57,822 nucleotides of DNA from a bacterium (GTDB taxonomy: Bacteria; Bacteroidota; Ignavibacteria; UBA10030), in NCBI GenBank assembly GCA_043803945.1, contig JAZDJN010000031.1, positions 1 through 57,822 of the forward strand. The letters run 5' to 3'. Positions within the stretch are counted from its first letter, which is position 1. Each line of letters opens with the position of its first letter. The position numbers and the translations under genes were made by a program. The notes beneath the pieces were generated by a model that saw only the letters and a program-made list of their open reading frames with translations, ran no database searches and was not told the DNA's origin. Shown here piece by piece: positions 20,191-28,550 of the stretch.

Positions 20191-20637
20191 TCACTTTACC
20201 TGAATTACTCTTGTACCTGCAATACGATCTCCAAAACGTGCGCTCTCTTGCGAAGTCAATATCAAGACGATCCCTATGATACAGAATGCAGGAAGCCCGT
20301 CAACTATCCGAAGCAAGTTCCGCAACAAAGCCCTGACCAGCCCGGGCTTCCCTCCTCCCACTCGCACCACCCGAAGCCCGGTGAGCCATTTCCCAAACGT
20401 GACACCTAGCAATCCCTCAAGCAGTACAAAGTACAGAATCATTGCCAAGAGAAAGGCAATGCACAGTGGGTCTGTGATGAACAGGCCATAGCTCCAGCGA
20501 TGGTCGGCGGCGCTCATTATCCAGACTCCTTTGACTAGCCGAGTAATAGGGAAGAAGAAAGTACAGAAGAGCAAGAAATCGATTAGCAAAGCCAGGAACC
20601 GAAGCCACAGACCTGCAAAACGAGTGTACTCATGCAT
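20191..20637 (-). CDS. RDD family membrane protein
   Basis: R..A.LID, G.TFGK...GLRVV, R.GD..AGT.V. Confidence 0.9.
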   Translation of the reverse strand: MHEYTRFAGLWLRFLALLIDFLLFCTFFFPITRLVKGVWIMSAADHRWSYGLFITDPLCIAFLLAMILYFVLLEGLLGVTFGKWLTGLRVVRVGGGKPGLVRALLRNLLRIVDGLPAFCIIGIVLILTSQESARFGDRIAGTRVIQVK

Positions 20638-20643
20638 TACAGT

Positions 20644-20862
20644 TCACCATTCCATAATTGCATTGATCTTGATTTCTTTCAAATAGTCGTATCTTCCAGC
20701 CCAGAAAACCCAATCAATCGGATCGTGGGACTCAGCTGTCGGCGGCCAGGGCCACACCATGTCCGGATGAAAGACAGTAAGAAGCAACTTGACATCTTTG
20801 GTATCCCAAGCTCGAGTCTCCCGATCAACGATCTCCCGGATGGCTGTTTCCGGTGTACTCAT
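20644..20862 (-). pseudogene. Truncated SnoaL/NTF2-like protein (cassette gene)
   Basis: IREIVDRETRAWDTKD..LL..FHPDMVWPWPP is an NTF2-like N-half. The ORF ends about 70 aa in, in unrelated sequence. Confidence 0.6.
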
Positions 20863-20894
20863 TTGGATAGTTCTCATGACAAGTATGAGCAATT

Positions 20895-21017
20895 ACCTAA
20901 CGGATTACGGTTAATCCCGATTCGATAAACTTGATGTTTACTAATCAAGTGATGGTCGAATCGAGCCTGCCTGCCGCAGGCAGGGATCCTGCTGAAGCGG
21001 ACAGAAGCCGATAAGCA
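20895..21017 (-). other. Degenerate attC site
   Basis: ACCTAACGG..CGGTTAA end; arms ATCCCGATTCGA / TCGAATCG..GGGAT interrupted by CCTGCCTGCCGCAGGCAGG; the R'' end is poorly conserved. Confidence 0.55.
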
Positions 21018-21018
21018 C

Positions 21019-21047
21019 TTGCACGTATGCCGTTAAAGTGATAAATT
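21019..21047 (+). promoter_or_regulatory. Sigma70 promoter for higBA (probably leaderless mRNA)
   Basis: TTGCAC-N17-TAAATT, with the GTG start at 21053 only 5 nt beyond the -10 element. Confidence 0.65.
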
Positions 21048-21052
21048 ATTTC

Positions 21053-21343
21053 GTGATCATTAACTTCGCTGACCAGACCACGGAAGATATCTTCAACGGA
21101 CTCGATACGAAGCATGCGCGTCGGATTCCATCGACCGTCTGGAAAATCGCCATCCGGAAACTTGACCTGTTGAACGCAGCGCACGAATTGAAAGATCTTC
21201 GCGTTCCACCAGCCAATCGCCTGGAGGCGCTGAAAGGGAAGTGGATTGGTTTGTATTCCATCAGAATTAATGATCAGTTGAGAGTCGTATTCAAGTGGTC
21301 TGACGGGAACGCGAAAGATGTTCAGATAATCGATTATCACTAA
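21053..21343 (+). CDS. higB: HigB toxin (RelE/ParE superfamily)
   Basis: MIINFAD..TE.IF.G, DLRVPPANRLEALKG, YSIRINDQ.R..F.W, IIDYH. Confidence 0.93.
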   Translation: MIINFADQTTEDIFNGLDTKHARRIPSTVWKIAIRKLDLLNAAHELKDLRVPPANRLEALKGKWIGLYSIRINDQLRVVFKWSDGNAKDVQIIDYH

Positions 21344-21356
21344 GGAGAGACGAGAA

Positions 21357-21629
21357 ATGGTGCCGAAGAACCGAAAGCCGACACACCCCGGGGAAATTCT
21401 CCTGGAGGAGTTCCTGAAGCCGATGGAGCTTAGCCAGCTGGAGTTAGCCCGTCGCATGGGAGTTTCGATCCAGCGCGTAAACACACTCATCAATGGGAAG
21501 CGTGATATGACGGCTGAGACGGCCATTTTGCTCTCGCGAGTGTTGAAGACTACGTCTGAGTTTTGGATGAACCTGCAAGTGGCTTGTGATCTTTATGACG
21601 CGCAGCGATCACTGGACCACGCCGCCTGA
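21357..21629 (+). CDS. higA: HigA antitoxin (XRE HTH)
   Basis: PTHPGEILLEEFL, R....INGKR.MT.ETA, FWMNLQ. Confidence 0.93.
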   Translation: MVPKNRKPTHPGEILLEEFLKPMELSQLELARRMGVSIQRVNTLINGKRDMTAETAILLSRVLKTTSEFWMNLQVACDLYDAQRSLDHAA

Positions 21630-21637
21630 ATCCTTTC

Positions 21638-21745
21638 TGACAACCTCCCTTCGCCTGCAAGATCTCGACCCCGCCTACGCGGGATCGGACTGCCGCAACT
21701 TGCCCGCCATCTCTTTGGCGGGTCAGCTTGAACCGATGGTTAGGC
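21638..21745 (-). other. attC site of the Phd/ParE cassette
   Basis: Minus strand GCCTAACCATCGGTTCAAGCTGAC 5 nt after the parE stop. The R'' flank AAGCACTGCCTAAC is the exact reverse complement of the cassette start GTTAGGCAGTGCTT (22436-22423). Confidence 0.8.
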
Positions 21746-21750
21746 AGTGC

Positions 21751-22077
21751 TTATCTTAATGACCTTTCCTGCAATATTGTTTGAATATCTCTTCGGCCAT
21801 CGAGCATACAATGAACTAGAACATTATTGTTTTCAATTGAATAGAATATTCGATAAGGCTTGTAATAGATTTCTCTAAATTCAACAATTCCAATATCAAA
21901 TAATTCTGATGGAATATGACCACGCATGGGCATAGTCTTCAATCTGTAGCATGACTTACGAAGAGCGGCAAATAATTTATCGGCATGGTCCACCGAATCA
22001 TTTATTGCCACATAGGTATATATTTCAAAGAGATCGTCTTCGGCAGAATTGTCAAAAAGGACATTATATTTTTTCAT
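21751..22077 (-). CDS. ParE/RelE family toxin
   Basis: AE.DL.EI..Y, P.RG..P.EL, YRIFY, DGRRDI; overlaps the antitoxin stop. Confidence 0.88.
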   Translation of the reverse strand: MKKYNVLFDNSAEDDLFEIYTYVAINDSVDHADKLFAALRKSCYRLKTMPMRGHIPSELFDIGIVEFREIYYKPYRIFYSIENNNVLVHCMLDGRRDIQTILQERSLR

Positions 22078-22354
22078 TTTTGAAATTCCGGATTCGTTTT
22101 TCTAAACTTACAAATGTTTCCTCTATTGATTTAACTTTTCTCCGTTTTATATTCTGCTTGCTACCCGTAAGGATTTTCAATAACGCAAGTGTCTCCTGCA
22201 TCCTTTCGTAGGATCGAATATCTTGAACGACTACTTTTGCTTCGCCATTATGCGTCACAATAAGCGCTTGTTGGGTATTCGTTATTTCGCGGATAAGCTC
22301 AGAGGCGTGTGTTTTCAGATAGCTAATTGGTTTGACAGCGGTACTTAATTTCAT
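22064..22354 (-). CDS. Phd/YefM family antitoxin
   Basis: KPISYLK.HASE, T.NGEAK.VVQD..YE. Confidence 0.9.
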   Translation of the reverse strand: MKLSTAVKPISYLKTHASELIREITNTQQALIVTHNGEAKVVVQDIRSYERMQETLALLKILTGSKQNIKRRKVKSIEETFVSLEKRIRNFKNEKI

Positions 22355-22375
22355 ATAATCTCCTGATTTATGTAT

Positions 22376-22410
22376 GACTACAATATAGACTATATTATAG
22401 TCTCGTGCAA
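22376..22410 (-). promoter_or_regulatory. Promoter/operator of the Phd-ParE operon
   Basis: TTGCAC-N17-TATATT. The palindrome GACTATA-A-TATAGTC lies in the spacer and a second imperfect copy overlaps the -10. Confidence 0.7.
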
Positions 22411-22662
22411 TACCTCCCCATCAAGCACTGCCTAACAGATGGCGGGTAAAAAGTGCGCAACTTGCCCGCCAAGCTTTATCTTGTGGCGGGTGATAACTTT
22501 TGAGCCCTGCGCATGAGCTCGATAGAGTCCGTTAGACTCTATCGGAGTCTAACTACTTCTGACCTTCAAATCTTCACTATACATCTACGCGAAATGTAAA
22601 ATGCACCCACGCCTACCCGGAGTTTGTTTTTTAACGTAGGCGGGCTTGTTCCAATTCCACAG

Positions 22663-22737
22663 ACTTAACGCTTCTCAGTTGAGTCGTGGTGGAATTGAGA
22701 ATCCCGCTGTTTTATAGCGGGGAGCCGCGGATTAAGC
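22663..22737 (-). other. Degenerate attC site
   Basis: Plus-strand ACTTAAC...ATTAAGC. The R'' flank partly complements the cassette start at 23249. Contains a CCCGCT..AGCGGG hairpin. Confidence 0.55.
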
Positions 22738-22746
22738 AGCGACGAA

Positions 22747-23220
22747 TTAATCATTAAAGACATCACCCCAGTTTATTCCCTTCAAAGGAACAGACTGCTC
22801 TATTTTATCAAGTAGTCTATAGATCTCTTTTCGATCATCTGGAGGAAATCTGCTATTGAAATAACTTGCTAAACCAAAGAAGAGATTCTTGTTTGATACA
22901 CCCACTAAATCGGCTATTCTAGTGAAGGCATATTCCAAATTAATCCCTTCAATATTATTTTCTAATATTATTCCACGGGTTCTAAGCCAATCAAGACGAT
23001 TTTGCCATTGTCTAGGTACTCGCTCTTTTATTTTATGAAAGAAACGTGGGTTTCTCAAGAACGATGAATTTGGATAGCCTTTGAGTGTGCTAGGTTGATT
23101 AATATCCCATTTCTTAGAAAGTTCAATAAGACGAACATATCGATAGCACTTTGAACAATAACCATTAGCTTGTATTCGTCGGTTTTTTGAATTACAATTC
23201 TTACAGAAACTTTTTGGCAT
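22747..23220 (-). CDS. Hypothetical cassette protein with N-terminal CxxC...CxxC zinc finger
   Basis: CKNC...YCSKC; AT-rich; starts right after GTTAGGT. Confidence 0.7.
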   Translation of the reverse strand: MPKSFCKNCNSKNRRIQANGYCSKCYRYVRLIELSKKWDINQPSTLKGYPNSSFLRNPRFFHKIKERVPRQWQNRLDWLRTRGIILENNIEGINLEYAFTRIADLVGVSNKNLFFGLASYFNSRFPPDDRKEIYRLLDKIEQSVPLKGINWGDVFND

Positions 23221-23242
23221 ATGAGTATCCTTATTCGGCGCA

Positions 23243-23403
23243 ACCTAACGGGCTGGAGCTAAACTGACGGCGACGTGCAGCCGGTATTAAGTAGTTTGCT
23301 CGCGCGTGTAGTGATGCGTTTAGTTGTCATCTAATGCGTTTTATTTTGTCTTTGGGTGTTCTCATTTTCGCGCGCCGTAATTTCCGTCAGCTTGAAGTTA
23401 GGT
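23243..23403 (-). other. attC site (long, 161 bp)
   Basis: Plus strand ACCTAACGGGCTGGAGCTAAACTGACGG...CCGTCAGCTTGAAGTTAGGT; the R''-L'' spacer looks shortened. Confidence 0.8.
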
Positions 23404-23424
23404 GGCGCCAAATCTTTGTGCATA

Positions 23425-23841
23425 TCAACGAAAACGAATTTCATATCGGTGCACCATATCACCTAAGAAACTTTGACCCCAGCCAATGAGTTTTCCATCT
23501 TCAAATACGATTGGCATCAATTCGTCATCGGTTATCGCTCCGTCGTCTGACTTTAGATCAGTATAATAGTACCAGACTTCGAAAATTATATCTTTTCCTT
23601 TTAGAATTTCAGATTTGTATGGATTGCTAACTTTTATAGCACCAACAAATTTGGCTTTATATACTTCATTTCCAGAATCAGAATTGTGTCCCATAATACG
23701 ATCAACATCGGATTTTAGCATACCGATAGACAGTTTTAATATGTTCTTCCTGTTGTTATCTCTGAAGGTGTCCAATCCTCCGACGCAAGAGCAAAGCGTT
23801 AATGAAAAACAAATTATGAGGGCTGAAAGTATTTTGTGCAT
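23425..23841 (-). CDS. DUF3192-like lipoprotein
   Basis: Lipobox LCSC; L.IGM.K..V..IMG; YYT..K.DD.AITDDEL.PIVF.DGKLIGWG. Confidence 0.75.
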   Translation of the reverse strand: MHKILSALIICFSLTLCSCVGGLDTFRDNNRKNILKLSIGMLKSDVDRIMGHNSDSGNEVYKAKFVGAIKVSNPYKSEILKGKDIIFEVWYYYTDLKSDDGAITDDELMPIVFEDGKLIGWGQSFLGDMVHRYEIRFR

Positions 23842-23877
23842 ATAGTCCTCTCAATTATTAGGTGGTATCCTTTGTGA

Positions 23878-23902
23878 TTCAGCTTGATCTGGGATTAGGA
23901 AG
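23878..23902 (-). other. Half attC (R''/L'' only)
   Basis: Minus strand TCCTAATCCCAGATCAAGCTGAA after the stop. The flank CGCAACTTCCTAAT matches the cassette start GTTAGGCGGTTGCG at 11/14 positions; the R' arm is missing. Confidence 0.55.
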
Positions 23903-23913
23903 TTGCGAATTTA

Positions 23914-24672
23914 TTAGAACAAGGGTTGTTTACCAATCATGGAATGCTCCACAATCACCTTAATGCCTTGATCAGTGAGAAGACGATTAACGATATCGGT
24001 AAACCAAGATGGTGCAAGTGGTGAGACGTGCACTTCCTCAAACAAGGTTGATATGTCAACACATACCCCAACGCCATCTGGTTTTGAATCGGATTCAAGG
24101 TTGAGTCTATTTTTTTGATCTGTTGTTAACCATACAATTGCTCTCAGTTCTTTCTCATGTTCGAAGCTCTGCCTTTTATGAATAAGTGGGTAGAAAGCAT
24201 TGTCTTCAGGAATAGGAACAGTATCGTAGTCGACGTAATTTACTTTGCCGATATAAACATCCAGCGGTTCCTCTGCAATAGAGTTGACAAAACGCTGATA
24301 TGTAGATTTAATAGCCAATGATTGAAAACCATTTGAATACAGTGACCACATTGCGGCGGATTCCACCAAACTCATATGCCAACAACTTATATATGTTTCC
24401 TGGCGCATCGTTCGGATGTGTTCAGCAAGCCTTTCTGAAAAATCATCCTGAACGTTAACACCCTGCGTTTTTAGATATTCAGCAAATATTGCACGGTTGC
24501 CTAATGTTTGAAGGGTCACTGATCCTTCAAACGGATCACCAAGTTTATCAGTGCGTGGAAAGAACAAGGATGACGTTTGGAGAATGTGAATAAACTTAGA
24601 GAGATCAATGTAGCGCCAAATTGGTTGGTCCGTTCTATCGGGTGGAATGAAAGCTGTGTGTCTTTTATGCAT
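23914..24672 (-). CDS. DUF2971-like cassette protein
   Basis: WRY.D..KF..L....LFF, DPFEG, SCWH....ESAAMW.LY, KR.SF.HE.E.R. Confidence 0.8.
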   Translation of the reverse strand: MHKRHTAFIPPDRTDQPIWRYIDLSKFIHILQTSSLFFPRTDKLGDPFEGSVTLQTLGNRAIFAEYLKTQGVNVQDDFSERLAEHIRTMRQETYISCWHMSLVESAAMWSLYSNGFQSLAIKSTYQRFVNSIAEEPLDVYIGKVNYVDYDTVPIPEDNAFYPLIHKRQSFEHEKELRAIVWLTTDQKNRLNLESDSKPDGVGVCVDISTLFEEVHVSPLAPSWFTDIVNRLLTDQGIKVIVEHSMIGKQPLF

Positions 24673-24690
24673 GTGATTTCTCGCGCAACC

Positions 24691-24852
24691 GCCTAACGAT
24701 TGGAGCTATGATACGTTGCAGCATTCCAGAGTGTGAAATATTTTTTAAATATTAAAATTTCTTGCCGTAACATAAGTTGTATTTAGAAATTTCAATTTCC
24801 ATAACTTAAGAACGTTGGCGGTTGTAACGTCAGATTGAGTCCATGATTAGGC
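24691..24852 (-). other. attC site (162 bp)
   Basis: Plus strand GCCTAACGATTGGAGCTATG..ACGTTGCA...TGTAACGTCAGATTGAG..ATTAGGC. The upstream gene's TAA stop lies within R''. Confidence 0.8.
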
Positions 24853-25299
24853 GGTATTTGTTGTGCGAATTCCACCATCCATTCTTACCCTTTGAGCAAT
24901 ATCTTCGACTGATATTTTGAAGAAATCAATTTTTGATTGATGGACATACTCGAAAAATTTTACAAGATCCAGATCGTCAACAAATTTAGATTTGCCAAGC
25001 CAAGGATCATGACCTGAACGAAGATGCATCTCTTTCAATGCCTCACGGATAATCATATCACTACCAAGAAGTTGGAGAGCCAATGTGGCGAGTGCATGCG
25101 GACCATTATCTCTATTGGAGCGCGCCATTACAACATATTCATCCGCCGCTTTGGATGCGAGCTCATGCAACCTCTTGTCCTGTTCTATAGCACGTTCATG
25201 TTTGCGACGATCACGTTCTTGTCTCTGGCCTTGCTTTATTCCAGCAAAGTAAATAATGATTGTGATAATAAGGCCAATTACTGTGAGGATCGCTTCCAT
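24847..25299 (-). CDS. Hypothetical N-anchored membrane protein (cassette)
   Basis: N-terminal TM helix then a charged coiled segment; the stop lies in attC R''. Confidence 0.75.
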   Translation of the reverse strand: MEAILTVIGLIITIIIYFAGIKQGQRQERDRRKHERAIEQDKRLHELASKAADEYVVMARSNRDNGPHALATLALQLLGSDMIIREALKEMHLRSGHDPWLGKSKFVDDLDLVKFFEYVHQSKIDFFKISVEDIAQRVRMDGGIRTTNTA

Positions 25300-25351
25300 A
25301 ACTTATTTGAATGCCAGCAACCTTTTAATTATTCTACTCAAACTTGACCGC

Positions 25352-25394
25352 TAAAGTACATAGATACGCTGCAACCGCATATCTATCATCCAAG
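25352..25394. repeat. Cassette-boundary repeat, copy 1
   Basis: TAAAGTACATAGATACGCTGCAACCGCATATCTAT; 34/35 identical to 27075-27109; internal hairpin. Confidence 0.8.
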
Positions 25395-25400
25395 ATTCAT

Positions 25401-25976
25401 TCAGATCCTCTTTCGCAAAGCGTAAGCCGTATACCCACCAAAACATCCATTCAGTACCATCCATGGCAGGGTGAACAGCCACTTCTGGTTAAAGAATAGC
25501 AGATGCCCGCCCATAGAGGAAGTCGGCTTATACAGATAAGTCAAACCCACAAGCATTACGACGAAGGTCACCGCCTGCATTGTTGCCCCAATTACAATCG
25601 CCCGTGTTCTCTCACCGGATTGGATCATTATGCGATTGACGAGGTCAAGGCTCGTACCAATGACAAGTCCCGTCGCTGACCAAACAAACACAGCCCACAC
25701 ACCTACTAGGGCTCCACTTTGGAGCCAATCATAGTAATACAGGGGTACAAAGCCTATCACCACATAAGGAACATAGACCCCCACCCCAGCACCAAAACGA
25801 TTCAAGACGAGAACCGGATAGGTAGCTGCAAGGGCTGCGAAGTAAGGCATCAGAATAAACATGCAAGTACCAGAGGCGCCAGTCACTTCGACAACCGCAC
25901 CGATCATGAAAACCGCAACCAATCCAAGACCCCATATTAGAATAGTCTTCCATGACTTAAGGATGGCTTCCATCAT
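25401..25976 (-). CDS. Hypothetical membrane protein (about 5-6 TM, ECF S-component-like size)
   Basis: Hydrophobic throughout; RBS GAGGAG. Confidence 0.75.
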   Translation of the reverse strand: MMEAILKSWKTILIWGLGLVAVFMIGAVVEVTGASGTCMFILMPYFAALAATYPVLVLNRFGAGVGVYVPYVVIGFVPLYYYDWLQSGALVGVWAVFVWSATGLVIGTSLDLVNRIMIQSGERTRAIVIGATMQAVTFVVMLVGLTYLYKPTSSMGGHLLFFNQKWLFTLPWMVLNGCFGGYTAYALRKRI

Positions 25977-26008
25977 GTTCTATCTCCTCTCTATCTGAAA
26001 GCGGCTAA

Positions 26009-26989
26009 TCAGATTTTGTCATTGTGTTCCAAAGTTATTACTACTTTTCCTTTGTGGTCTCCTTCACCAAAAAGCCTGAATGCTTTAGGAACCTCATCTA
26101 ACTTGTAGGGTCCATCTATCACAGGTTTGACTTTACCGGCTTCGAAAAGCTCATTCATATAAGCTAAATCCTTGTTTGGCTTCAGGCCAACGATACGTAT
26201 GTTCTTTTTACTGATCATCGAAATCCACGGCCCCAAGAATAAAGCTTGGAAAAGCCGAACCATGGAACCCCCAACTGTGACATAAATTCCATTGGGACAT
26301 AATGCACGGGTATAATCAAATATCGAACGATTTGTCTTAACATCAAGAATCAGGTCATAACACTGCCCATTTTTAGTGAAATCTTCTTGTGTGTAATCAA
26401 TGACCTGATCAAAGCCCATTGAGCGCAGCATGTCCAATTTCCCTGCGCTATCAACACCAGTCACTTCAACCCCGTATAATTTGGCAATCTGCACTGCGAA
26501 AGTACCTACACCCCCGCCCGCACCATTAATCAAAAGCTTTTGTCCTGGTTGAATTTGACCTTTATCACGAAGGCCCTGTATAGCCAGCATTGCCGCTTGA
26601 GGTATCGCCGCTGCTTCATCGAAGGTCATACTGGCCGGTTTCAGGGCTAATGCATTTTCACGAGCGCAGACATACTCAGCGAAACCGCCCCAGTCGCCGC
26701 TTAGATCCCCGAACACTTCATCCCCTGGCTGAAACTGCTCTACGTTTTTGCCAACTGCTTCAATTCGCCCTGCTATGTCGGAGCCGAGTATTTTTTTCTT
26801 CGGTTTCAGAAGACCGTATAGCAGGCGGTTTATGAACGGAATACCTTGGAGGAGACCCCAGTCCCAATCATTTATTGATACCGCATAAACTTTGATCAGT
26901 ACTTCATTGTCCTTAGGGATAGGTTTTTCTACCTCTTTGAGTTGAAGAACATCCGGTGGTCCATATTTTGTGTATACAATTGCCTTCAT
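26009..26989 (-). CDS. NAD(P)-dependent MDR oxidoreductase (zinc-free, quinone-reductase-like)
   Basis: MKAIVY.KYGPPDVL, G.D.AG, GGFAEY, NGAGGGVG, GKVVI. Confidence 0.92.
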   Translation of the reverse strand: MKAIVYTKYGPPDVLQLKEVEKPIPKDNEVLIKVYAVSINDWDWGLLQGIPFINRLLYGLLKPKKKILGSDIAGRIEAVGKNVEQFQPGDEVFGDLSGDWGGFAEYVCARENALALKPASMTFDEAAAIPQAAMLAIQGLRDKGQIQPGQKLLINGAGGGVGTFAVQIAKLYGVEVTGVDSAGKLDMLRSMGFDQVIDYTQEDFTKNGQCYDLILDVKTNRSIFDYTRALCPNGIYVTVGGSMVRLFQALFLGPWISMISKKNIRIVGLKPNKDLAYMNELFEAGKVKPVIDGPYKLDEVPKAFRLFGEGDHKGKVVITLEHNDKI

Positions 26990-27074
26990 TTGGATATCCT
27001 TCTTTATGCTCTTTTTGCCTGGGTGCATTTTTGCTTTTTTATCTATAGCAACCTCATTTCTGGATTGTTACAAT

Positions 27075-27180
27075 TAAAGTACATAGATATGCTGCAACCG
27101 CATATCTATGGACCAATTTCTTCGACTTAAACCAAAATTCAAAATATATTTTATTCGGGCCTGCATATTTATCATCCAAG
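27075..27180. repeat. Cassette-boundary repeat, copy 2
   Basis: TAAAGTACATAGATATGCTGCAACCGCATATCTAT, with GCATATTTATCATCCAAG further on at 27163-27180. Confidence 0.8.
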
Positions 27181-27248
27181 GGACCATACAGTCTAACGGA
27201 CATATTCCTCAGGCTCTTCGGTTTAGTGAAGACAACATCAACATCGTT

Positions 27249-27590
27249 TCATTTGTATGCTTCAAGTCCAGCCTTCATTGCACCTTCCACTGTTCCATCG
27301 ACGAGTTCGCTGCCAGGGAACCACCACTCTTCAGGATCGTATCGATCAATGCTGTACCTATAAATGGCAAAGCCCCAGTTCTCCATTTGTCCGTGATATT
27401 TCAACCGGCAAATAGGACTGAGCCTGCCAAATTCATAACGATCCAGGAAAAGGTAATTTTCTTCGAACCGCGGAACATAACGATAGTCCGGAGGTTTTAA
27501 GACTTGTTTATTGAAGCGTAAGACGATCTTTGTAACTTGCTCCTGTATCACTTCGGGTATCTTACTTTCACGATTTTTCTTTATTGCCAT
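27249..27590 (-). CDS. Hypothetical protein
   Basis: ICRLKY.G....W.FAIYRYS..RYD..EW.FPG...DGT.EGA..AG..AY looks conserved; start uncertain (27590 or 27623). Confidence 0.75.
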   Translation of the reverse strand: MAIKKNRESKIPEVIQEQVTKIVLRFNKQVLKPPDYRYVPRFEENYLFLDRYEFGRLSPICRLKYHGQMENWGFAIYRYSIDRYDPEEWWFPGSELVDGTVEGAMKAGLEAYK

Positions 27591-27918
27591 TATCAATCTC
27601 TGTTTATCTATTTGTATTCGCAATCGAATTGGCTCTTTACCGCTTTCCTGCCGCTAAAACGTACCTCTTCCAGTTCATATAATCAAGCGATGGACATTTT
27701 GAGGATAACTGTTTGAAAGGAATGCCGCCAAGAAACGCCAAGGAAACTATAGTAAAAAAGAAAAAGGGGTAGGAATCAATAGATTTATAGAGGGGATATC
27801 GGATTCAAGGGCGCCAAGGATTTTAGAGTTAAAAGAGGAGGAGAAGAGAAAAGAACTTAGGATTCAAAAGCGGAATACTGGGTTGTCAAGAACGCCAAGC
27901 GGAACTGAACAGTTCGGA

Positions 27919-28190
27919 ATATTTGCGCTTTTCCCTCGGCGGGGACGCCTTCGGGCTAGTGGTTGCTTTTAATGGTCGGTTTCTAATATCATTTCTAAAA
28001 TACTAGTTCGAAGGCATCCTTGCCGAGCACCATATCTTCATGATATCACTCGGCATGGCGACTTCGGGTTAGTGGTTGCTTTTAATTGTCGGTTTCTAAT
28101 ATCATTTCTAAAATACTAGTGCGAAAGCATCCTTGCCGAGCACAATATTTTCACGATCTCCCTCGGCGGGGACACCTTTGGGTTAGTAGC
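27919..28190. repeat. BIME-like tandem array of inverted REPs (period about 113-114 bp)
   Basis: CTCGGCGGGGACGCCTTCGGGCTAG alternates with the inverted CTAGTTCGAAGGCATCCTTGCCGAG; GGGYTAGT anchors at 27953, 28066 and 28180. Confidence 0.8.
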
Positions 28191-28202
28191 TTCTCTATAG
28201 TT

Positions 28203-28265
28203 TGCACTCTGCATTCTGCCATCTGCAAACTGTACACTGTTCACTGTACACTGTCTACCGTACAC
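28203..28265 (+). repeat. Heptamer tandem array (9 x TGYNNNC-like)
   Basis: tgcactc tgcattc tgccatc tgcaaac tgtacac tgttcac tgtacac tgtctac cgtacac. Confidence 0.75.
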
Positions 28266-28268
28266 AGT

Positions 28269-28550
28269 TTACCGTCCGAAAATCCTTTTCATCCTCTTCC
28301 ACCAATCCTCAAACACCACCATCAGCGTTGGCATCACGAGCAGTGTAAGAGCCGTCGATGTGATCAATCCGCCGACAACAACAGTGGCAAGGGGACGCTG
28401 CACTTCAGAGCCGGGACCTGTCGCTATAAGCATTGGCAGTAAACTAAAGATAGAAATCAAGGCAGTCATTAAAACCGGACGCAGCCGGTCGATACATCCC
28501 TGCCGCAATGCAGCTTCTGTCGGCATACCCTCCTGGCGGAGCTGCGTGAT
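28269..28550 (-). pseudogene. C-terminal fragment of a second CzcA/CusA RND permease
   Basis: ITQLRQEG..RLRPVLMTA..GSEVQRPLATVVVGGLITST; paralogous to, but distinct from, the end of 31731-34835. Confidence 0.9.

Larger units (their letters stand above)
20895..27200 (-). mobile_element. Degenerate integron cassette array without integrase (CALIN)
   Basis: Co-oriented short genes separated by attC-like sites at 20895, 21638-21745, 22430-22537, 22663-22737, 23243-23403, 23878-23902 and 24691-24852. Two TA cassettes. No tyrosine recombinase ORF in the window. Confidence 0.8.

Noticed and set aside
20945-21526. 193-aa antisense ORF over higBA, and the many other antisense ORFs in the track
   Set aside because: Shadow ORFs of well-supported genes on the opposite strand or frame.
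27630-27918. Expected position of intI/attI
   Set aside because: No tyrosine recombinase ORF or motifs; only purine-rich sequence and REP-like motifs.
27919-28190. Regularly spaced repeats as a CRISPR array
   Set aside because: The intervening sequences are themselves duplicated, the repeats alternate in orientation, and no cas genes are present; it fits a BIME/REP array.
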